Of a DNA stretch of 64,000 nucleotides, positions 57,489-64,000 are shown one piece after another. This DNA comes from a bacterium (GTDB taxonomy: Bacteria; Patescibacteriota; Patescibacteriia; UBA1558; UBA10009). The notes under the pieces are model-generated. The model ran no database searches, was not told the DNA's origin, and saw only the letters and a list, made by a program, of their open reading frames with translations. The DNA is taken from the NCBI GenBank assembly GCA_018672055.1, contig JABHGM010000001.1, forward strand, positions 608,977 to 672,976, written 5' to 3'. The translations under genes and the position numbers were made by a program. Each line of letters opens with the position of its first letter. Positions within the stretch are counted from its first letter, which is position 1.

Positions 57489-58601
57489 TTATTTATACCA
57501 ATCTGTTTTTGGTTTATATGATGTATTTAACTCATTTTTAGCTTTATTTCTATCAATTGCTAGAGTAATTAACTCATCTAATAAATCACTATACTCCAAG
57601 CCTGATGCCTGCCATAGCTTTGAATACATACTAATCTTTGTAAATCCAGGAATTGTATTTACTTCATTTAAGATTACTTTATTATCTTTAGTTAAAAAGA
57701 AATCAACTCTAGCCATACCAGAAAGATCAAGAGCTTTAAATGTTTTAATTGCTATACCTTGAATCTCTTTAATTACTTTTTCGTCTAATTTAGCTGGTAT
57801 TTCATTTTTTGACTTTCCATCAATGTATTTATCTTGATAACTATAGAACTCATCTCCTGGTATTATTTCACCTGGGAGTGATGCTCGAGGTTCATCATTG
57901 CCAAGTACAGCACATTCAATTTCTTTAATATCTTCTAAGCCTTGTTCTATTATAATCTTCCTATCAAATTCAAAGGCAATATCAATAGCTTTAGCTAACT
58001 CATCTTTACTCTTTACTTTATTTATACCTACTGAAGAACCTAAATTAGCAGGCTTTACAAATACAGGGTAAGTTAATTCTTTTTCAATTTGTTTAATATT
58101 TGATTCTTTATCATTTAACCATTCATTTTTTAGCAAGCTTTTAAATGCAACTTGTTCAATGCCATGCCAAATAACTACTTTTTTCATAGTTACTTTATCC
58201 ATAGCAACAGAACTACCCAAAACTCCAGAACCAACATATGGAATATTGGCTAGCTCAAATAGACCTTGAATTGCTCCATCTTCACCATATGTACCATGTA
58301 ACACTGGAAATACTACATCTAAACCTAAATTAGCCATATTTTGGTCATCCAGGGCTACTAATTCATGATTTGTAGGATCAGGAGTAAGTATTTTTTCTAC
58401 AAGCTCTTTATTATTACCAGATTTGAGTTCATTCAAAACATTATCTGCTATCCACTTACCAGATTTAGTAATACCAATTGGAATTACTTCATACTTATTT
58501 TTGTCTAGTGATTCAATTACACTTTCTCCTGAAATTATTGAAACTTCATGTTCACCAGATCTACCACCCATTATCACCCCTACTCTTAATTTATGACTCA
58601 T
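57489..58601 (-). CDS. ddl: D-alanine--D-alanine ligase
   Basis: GGRSGEHEVS, LHGTYGEDG, KPANLGSSVG, NEVNTIPGFT. Confidence 0.96.
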   Translation of the reverse strand: MSHKLRVGVIMGGRSGEHEVSIISGESVIESLDKNKYEVIPIGITKSGKWIADNVLNELKSGNNKELVEKILTPDPTNHELVALDDQNMANLGLDVVFPVLHGTYGEDGAIQGLFELANIPYVGSGVLGSSVAMDKVTMKKVVIWHGIEQVAFKSLLKNEWLNDKESNIKQIEKELTYPVFVKPANLGSSVGINKVKSKDELAKAIDIAFEFDRKIIIEQGLEDIKEIECAVLGNDEPRASLPGEIIPGDEFYSYQDKYIDGKSKNEIPAKLDEKVIKEIQGIAIKTFKALDLSGMARVDFFLTKDNKVILNEVNTIPGFTKISMYSKLWQASGLEYSDLLDELITLAIDRNKAKNELNTSYKPKTDWYK

Positions 58602-58621
58602 ATATTTAGTGTCGTAAAATA

Positions 58622-59740
58622 TTATTTAATTATTCTTTTTAATAAAGGATTAATTCTAGTTACAACTTCGTAATTAATTGTTTTTAAATTTTTAGCTATT
58701 TGATCTGCACTTATTATATTCTTGCCTTGCTTTCCTATTAAAATTACTTCGTCCCCTACCTTAACACGCTTACCAGTTATATCAACCATAATTAAGTTCA
58801 TACATACTCTGCCAACTAGTTTACATTTTTTACCTTTAATTAAAACAAAACTATTATTTGATAATTTCCTATCATATCCATCGTTATAGCCTACTCTTAG
58901 GATAGCTATTTCTTTATTACTTTTTACTTTAAAGGTTCTGCCATAACCAATAGTACTTCCCTTTTTTAATGATTTAACCTGAATTACTTTTGTTTTCCAA
59001 GAAAGTATTGGTTTTAATTTAAATTTATTTTTTAAATTATTATTTTCAATTGAATACAAACCATAAAGTGATATGCCAAGTCTAATTAGATTTAAATGAT
59101 ACTTTTTATTAATTAAAGTAGCAGCACTACAAGCTGCATGAATTAAGGGTACTTTAATATTTAATTTAGATACTAACTCATTTAATAGTTTGGTTTGCTT
59201 TAAAGTAAAACTTTGGTTTGTTTCTTCAGCTGATGCATAATGAGTAAATATACCTTCAAGTTTTAAATAATTTGAAATAGTAATTAATTTTGCTAGTTTA
59301 ATGATTTCTTTTTCAAATACGCCTAGTCTAGATATTCCTGAATCGAATTTAAGATGTAGATTTGCATTCTTTTTAAGCTTTTTACTTATACTACTAATAT
59401 ATTTTATTTGTTTTGAATTATAGGCTACTAAACTGATATTATTTTTAATAGCTAGAGTAATTTGTTTCTTGTCTAAATCGTAATAGCTTAATACTAAAAT
59501 TGGTTTACTTATTTTATTTTTTCTTAAATAAAGAGCTTCTTCTAAATTAACTACTCCAAACCAATCAACATTTTTATTTTTATTACAAATTTTTGATATT
59601 TCTAATAAGCCGTGACCATAAGCATTGCTCTTGACCACGGACATTAATTTTACATTACTTCCAATCAATTTTTTAAATTGTCTTAAGTTGTATTCTAAAT
59701 TAGCTTTACTAATTTCAACCCAAGAATTTGTATACTTCAT
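58622..59740 (-). CDS. alr: Alanine racemase
   Basis: VVKSNAYGHG (PLP lysine), GIFTH, R.GISLYG, GRVCM, INYE. Confidence 0.96.
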   Translation of the reverse strand: MKYTNSWVEISKANLEYNLRQFKKLIGSNVKLMSVVKSNAYGHGLLEISKICNKNKNVDWFGVVNLEEALYLRKNKISKPILVLSYYDLDKKQITLAIKNNISLVAYNSKQIKYISSISKKLKKNANLHLKFDSGISRLGVFEKEIIKLAKLITISNYLKLEGIFTHYASAEETNQSFTLKQTKLLNELVSKLNIKVPLIHAACSAATLINKKYHLNLIRLGISLYGLYSIENNNLKNKFKLKPILSWKTKVIQVKSLKKGSTIGYGRTFKVKSNKEIAILRVGYNDGYDRKLSNNSFVLIKGKKCKLVGRVCMNLIMVDITGKRVKVGDEVILIGKQGKNIISADQIAKNLKTINYEVVTRINPLLKRIIK

Positions 59741-59741
59741 T

Positions 59742-60977
59742 TTATTTTATAACTTTTTTTCCTACAAATTTTCTTAAAGCTTTAGGAACTTTAATACTAC
59801 CATCTGCTTGTTGATTTTGTTCTACTATAGCCGGTATTAACCTACTTGTTGCTAAGCCTGAAGCATTTAAAGTATGTACGTATTCATTTTTGTCTGATTT
59901 ACTATCTTTATACTTGATATTACCACGTCTAGCTTGATAATCTAGAGCATTAGATATGCTTGATACTTCTTTGTATGTGTTCATGCTTGGTATCCAGACT
60001 TCTAAGTCAATTGTTTTTGCCATAGCAGCTGAGACATCTTTAGCTGCGAGCTTTACTGTATTAAAATGTAAATCTAAACCTTTTACTAAATCTTCTGCGT
60101 ATTTTAAGAGTTCATCAAATGCTTTCCATGATTCTTCAGGTTTTGTAAATTGAAACATTTCAATCTTATTGAATTGATGTCCTCTGATCATACCTCTTTC
60201 TTCTGTTCTATAACTGCCTGCTTCTCTTCTAAAGCAAGTTGAGTATGCAAAGTACTTTAAAGGTAAATCAGTTTCATTTAGTACTTCATTTTTATGATAG
60301 TTACCCAGCATCATTTCAGAGGTAGCATTTAAACATAATTTGTTTTCAGTCCAGAATAAGTCTTCTCTAAATTTAGGTAAGTGACCAGATGTAAAAGCAC
60401 TATCTTCATTAAGTAAATATGGCGGTATGATAAACTGATAATTATTTTTACGATGAAAATCAATAAAGTAATTAAGCAAGGCCCATTCTAAGAGTGCTCC
60501 ATCCCCTACATATGTCCAAAAACCTGAACCTGACATCTTAGCTGATCTTTTATAATCTATAATACCCAAGCTTTCTACTAGATCAACATGATTTTTAATT
60601 TCAAATTTAAATTTAGGCTGCTTACTGTATGTGTCAATGATTTCATTGTTCTCTTTATCCCCTGCTTTAACATCATCTGCAGGTATATTTGGTAAAGCTG
60701 ACATTAATTTTTTATATTCTGTTTCAACTTTATTTAACTCATCATCTAGTTTTTTTATTTCACCACCTAGCTTCTTCATTTTACTTATTGTTTCAGTATC
60801 AGGCTTTGTTTTAGAGAATTTATTACGTTCTGCTTTAAGTTTTTCTACATTAGATATTAGATGTTTTCTATCATCATCTAATTTAATTAATAAATCTAAA
60901 TCAACTTTATCTAATCTTTTTAGTAAAGCTTTATTTATTTCTTCTTTATTATTTCTAATGTTATTTATATCCAACAT
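59742..60977 (-). CDS. serS: Serine--tRNA ligase
   Basis: N-terminal coiled coil, TSE, FRREAG, HQFNKIE, HTLNASGLA. Confidence 0.96.
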   Translation of the reverse strand: MLDINNIRNNKEEINKALLKRLDKVDLDLLIKLDDDRKHLISNVEKLKAERNKFSKTKPDTETISKMKKLGGEIKKLDDELNKVETEYKKLMSALPNIPADDVKAGDKENNEIIDTYSKQPKFKFEIKNHVDLVESLGIIDYKRSAKMSGSGFWTYVGDGALLEWALLNYFIDFHRKNNYQFIIPPYLLNEDSAFTSGHLPKFREDLFWTENKLCLNATSEMMLGNYHKNEVLNETDLPLKYFAYSTCFRREAGSYRTEERGMIRGHQFNKIEMFQFTKPEESWKAFDELLKYAEDLVKGLDLHFNTVKLAAKDVSAAMAKTIDLEVWIPSMNTYKEVSSISNALDYQARRGNIKYKDSKSDKNEYVHTLNASGLATSRLIPAIVEQNQQADGSIKVPKALRKFVGKKVIK

Positions 60978-60978
60978 A

Positions 60979-61560
60979 TTATTTTAAATATTTTAATATA
61001 TCATTAATATTTTTTTGTCTATGATTTACATTATTATATTCTTCTTCAGTTAGATCCATGAAATGTTTATTATACTTTTTTAGTTTAAAAAGTGCTCTAT
61101 AAGGAAAACCTTCAGGATAATTACTATTTAAGTCACTTGAGATATATCCAGCTATGCTATTTTCAAAAGTTTTAATTGAATCTTCGTTTACAAATGCAAG
61201 TACTGCTACAAATCTGGCATTATTATTATCTTTAAGTAATGGTAACTTACTTTTTAAACACTCTACTATTTCTTCATCACTTGCTTCATAACCTAGCCAT
61301 CTTCTAGATAATACGCCTGGTTCACCATTTAAAGCTTCAATTTCTATACCACCATCCTCTGATAAGGTAGGCATTTTAGTTAAATTGTAATAATACTTTG
61401 CTTTATCAATTGCATTCTCTTCAAATGTGTCTTTATTTTCTTCAAACTTATCTTCAATTTTTAATTCCTTTAATGAGGTTACTTCAATACCTTCATTTTT
61501 TAAACTATTACCATAGTCATCTACTTTGGCTGGATTATGACTAGCAATTAGTATTTTCAT
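60979..61560 (-). CDS. rdgB: Non-canonical purine NTP pyrophosphatase (Ham1/RdgB family)
   Basis: ASHNPAK, TFEENA..KA, EDGG.E.EALNGEPGV.S.R, NHR. Confidence 0.88.
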   Translation of the reverse strand: MKILIASHNPAKVDDYGNSLKNEGIEVTSLKELKIEDKFEENKDTFEENAIDKAKYYYNLTKMPTLSEDGGIEIEALNGEPGVLSRRWLGYEASDEEIVECLKSKLPLLKDNNNARFVAVLAFVNEDSIKTFENSIAGYISSDLNSNYPEGFPYRALFKLKKYNKHFMDLTEEEYNNVNHRQKNINDILKYLK

Positions 61561-63038
61561 TACTTTTTAGGTTTTAATGTTGGGAACAATATAACTTCTT
61601 TAATATTATGTGTTCCAGTTAAGACATTTACTAACCTATCAATACCCATGCCAAGTCCTGTTGTTGGTGGCATACCATATTTAAGAGCTTCAATAAATGC
61701 ATCATCTTTTTTCATGGCTTCTCTGTCACCTTTTTTATTTAAACTTTGTTGAAATTTAAATCTTTCTTCTTGATCAATGGGATCATTAAGCTCAGTAAAT
61801 GCATTCATTAGTTCAATACGTCCACCAATTATTAATTGAAATCTTTCAACGTAGTTTGGACGATCATCTAATTTCTTAGCTAGTGGTGATAATTCAATTG
61901 GATGATTAATAATATATGTAGGATTAATCATTTTAGGTCTAACAAATTCTTTAAATAACTCATCAGCTATTTTACCAACACCCCAACTCTTATCTACCTT
62001 TAACCCTTTTTTCTTAGCAACTTTTTGTAAAGATTTTTCATCTTCCTTATCTAAATCAATTTTCGTTTCTTTTAGTATTGCTTCCCTAAAATCAACTTTT
62101 TTATATGGTCCTTTAAAATCAATTTTTTGATTATCATATTCAACTGTTAGGTTACCAGTTACTTCTTTAACCATTTTTTCCATGAATTTTTCCATATACT
62201 CCATCAAGAAATTATATTCCTTATATGCCCAATAGAATTCAATTTGAGTAAACTCAGGGTTATGAGTATAATCTATACCTTCATTTCTAAAACATCTAGC
62301 AATTTCAAATACTTTTTCATATCCACCAATTATTAATTCTTTTAAAAATAGTTCAGGTGCAATACGTAAGTATAATTCTGTATCTAAAGCTTTGTGATAT
62401 GTTTTAAATGGTTCAGCAATAGCTCCAGAAGCAACAGTTTGAAGTATAGGTGTATCAACTTCTAAGAAACCTTCATCTAAAAAGTAATTACGTATAAATT
62501 GAATTACTTTACTACGAGTGTAGAAAATTTCTTTAACTTTAGGATTTGATAATAAGTCTAAGTACCTTTTTCTAAATCTAGTTTCTGTATCACTTAAACC
62601 ATGCCATTTTTCAGGAAGTGGTAATAAAGACTTAGTAAGTAGTTTCCATTTATTTACCATAATACTATTTTCACCCTTATGTGTAACAAAACAAGTACCA
62701 GAAATTTCAACAAAATCACCAACATCAATTAGCTTAGTAAATTGCTTATACTCAGTATCACCTATTTCTTTTTTTGATAAAGCTATTTGAATCTTACCAG
62801 ATTCATCCTCTATGTGAGCAAAAGTTAAATTACCGTGACTTCTTACCATTCTAAGTCTACCTACTAGAGTTAACTTTTTATTACCTTTTTCAAGCTTTTT
62901 AAAATCTTCAATTATCTCACTTATTTCATGAGTTCGCTCGCAATGCTTAGGATATGGTGATATATCCTCATTTTGGAGCATTTTTAGCTTCTCAAGACGT
63001 ATTTTTGCCTCATCTGAGGGGTTTATTTTATTATTCAT
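61560..63038 (-). CDS. lysS: Lysine--tRNA ligase (class II)
   Basis: OB fold, YLRIAPEL, FRNEG...HNPEF, GMPPT.G.G.GIDRL. Confidence 0.97.
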   Translation of the reverse strand: MNNKINPSDEAKIRLEKLKMLQNEDISPYPKHCERTHEISEIIEDFKKLEKGNKKLTLVGRLRMVRSHGNLTFAHIEDESGKIQIALSKKEIGDTEYKQFTKLIDVGDFVEISGTCFVTHKGENSIMVNKWKLLTKSLLPLPEKWHGLSDTETRFRKRYLDLLSNPKVKEIFYTRSKVIQFIRNYFLDEGFLEVDTPILQTVASGAIAEPFKTYHKALDTELYLRIAPELFLKELIIGGYEKVFEIARCFRNEGIDYTHNPEFTQIEFYWAYKEYNFLMEYMEKFMEKMVKEVTGNLTVEYDNQKIDFKGPYKKVDFREAILKETKIDLDKEDEKSLQKVAKKKGLKVDKSWGVGKIADELFKEFVRPKMINPTYIINHPIELSPLAKKLDDRPNYVERFQLIIGGRIELMNAFTELNDPIDQEERFKFQQSLNKKGDREAMKKDDAFIEALKYGMPPTTGLGMGIDRLVNVLTGTHNIKEVILFPTLKPKK

Positions 63039-63102
63039 ATAATGATAATTATAGCTAAATTAAGGTATTTTGACAAATAAAAAAGAGCTGTTGGCCAACT
63101 CT

Positions 63103-63366
63103 TTAATTAGCATTATCTAATTTAAAGTCAAATAATTTATATTTGTCTACAATATATTGTTCCATATCATAATAATGAGTTATATCCAATTCAATTAACT
63201 GAAAAGAAATTCCAAAATTAATTTGTATAATTATGGCTAGCTGAAGACCTTCTAAGGAGTTATCAAGATTAAATATCATCATATCATCATTAATTTTAGA
63301 TGGACTAATATTGTAATATGCAGAAATAATTTTTTTAAGTTCAGTTCTTATTTCACTCTTATTCAT
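63103..63366 (-). CDS. Acyl/peptidyl carrier protein-like orphan
   Basis: 87 aa; LDNSLEGLQLAIIIQINFGI resembles DSLD.VEL....EEEFGI; SD aaggagg; terminator at about 63080-63104. Confidence 0.55.
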   Translation of the reverse strand: MNKSEIRTELKKIISAYYNISPSKINDDMMIFNLDNSLEGLQLAIIIQINFGISFQLIELDITHYYDMEQYIVDKYKLFDFKLDNAN

Positions 63367-63376
63367 TAATCCTCCT

Positions 63377-64000
63377 TTAGGTTAATTTACCTTTGTATTT
63401 AAAATAGTATTTTAACCAACTTACTAAATGTACTCTTCCTGATTTTTTAAATAAACCAAATATACCTACTCCTTCAGCTGAATCTCTATGATGGTAATGA
63501 ATTACCTTAGCTTCAGCAATATACCATACTTCATAACCATTCTGCCAAAATCTACGTGACCAATCAAGATCTTCTACATACATAAAGAATCTATCATCTA
63601 ATAGGCCAACTTTATCTAAAATATTTTTTCTAACTAATATGCAAGCACCAAATAACCAATCTACTTTTTTATTACTTTCATGATCCCAGTCTTTCATAAA
63701 GTAATCATTATTCCATTCTTTACCTGCTACTGAATTTCTTAAAAATGATCTTCTAAAAAAAGGTAACTTCCAGTCAGGAAATCTAGAACAGCTATACTGT
63801 AGCGATCCGTCAGGATTTAAAAGTTTAGGTCCTGACATGCCAACATTTTCATTTTCATCCATATACTTAACTAAACTTATTAAAGCTTCATTATTTAAAA
63901 TAATATCAGGGTTAATTACTAAAGCATACTCGCCTACTGATACATTAATACCTAGATTATTACCACCCGAGAAACCTAGGTTTTTTCCTGATTCAATTAG
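63377..64000 (-). CDS. Glycosyltransferase family 2 (WbbL-like), 5' end outside window
   Basis: Frame open to window end: NLGFSGGNN, INPD, VDW..GAC, FFMYVEDLDW. Confidence 0.88.
   Translation of the reverse strand, partial: LIESGKNLGFSGGNNLGINVSVGEYALVINPDIILNNEALISLVKYMDENENVGMSGPKLLNPDGSLQYSCSRFPDWKLPFFRRSFLRNSVAGKEWNNDYFMKDWDHESNKKVDWLFGACILVRKNILDKVGLLDDRFFMYVEDLDWSRRFWQNGYEVWYIAEAKVIHYHHRDSAEGVGIFGLFKKSGRVHLVSWLKYYFKYKGKLT

Noticed and set aside
1004-60987. Numerous 60-141 aa antisense ORFs inside conserved genes (e.g. 1004, 1553, 10433, 14264, 33069, 44087, 50422, 55943, 60631)
   Set aside because: Fully nested opposite well-supported genes, without initiation signals; expected codon-bias shadows
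1-64000. Alternative genetic code 25 (TGA=Gly) as in Gracilibacteria/Absconditabacteria
   Set aside because: Conserved genes are full length under code 11 and TGA ends genes such as murD and pilO at ATGA overlaps

Overview
Very AT-rich bacterial chromosome segment using standard code 11 (TGA acts as stop). Gene content points to Patescibacteria/CPR (Parcubacteria/ABY1-like); this placement is inferred, not computed. The housekeeping backbone comprises murA (partial), ctpA, rplI, pyrG, tRNA-Gln(TTG), a DEAD-box helicase, typA, a type IV pilus cluster (pilB, pilC, four minor pilins, pilMNO), mraY-murD-ftsW-murG-murC-murB, two prs homologues, secA-secD-secF, a sigma4/HARE-HTH protein, a TrwB/VirD4-like ATPase module, fmt/def, gltX, an M23 peptidase, a Xer recombinase, ftsQ-ddl-alr, serS, rdgB and lysS. 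I saw no CRISPR array, rRNA, transposase or reverse transcriptase. The strongest signal is a set of stand-alone orphan gene cassettes (sigma70 promoter, often a boxA-like motif, strong Shine-Dalgarno, ORF, terminator) scattered among core genes that mostly lack a Shine-Dalgarno. In two independent clusters (8.5-10.3 kb and 53.9-55.5 kb) the cassette flanks are 88-95% identical while the paralogous proteins are only about 30% identical by eye. Two accessory inserts between pyrG and tRNA-Gln are each bracketed by a duplication of host sequence. Other candidates: a dif/loxP-like 28-bp site in the xer leader, a permuted parvulin PPIase inside SecD, a degenerate Prs paralogue, an ACP-like orphan, and a membrane anchor plus lipoprotein pair with a duplicated ribosome-binding site.
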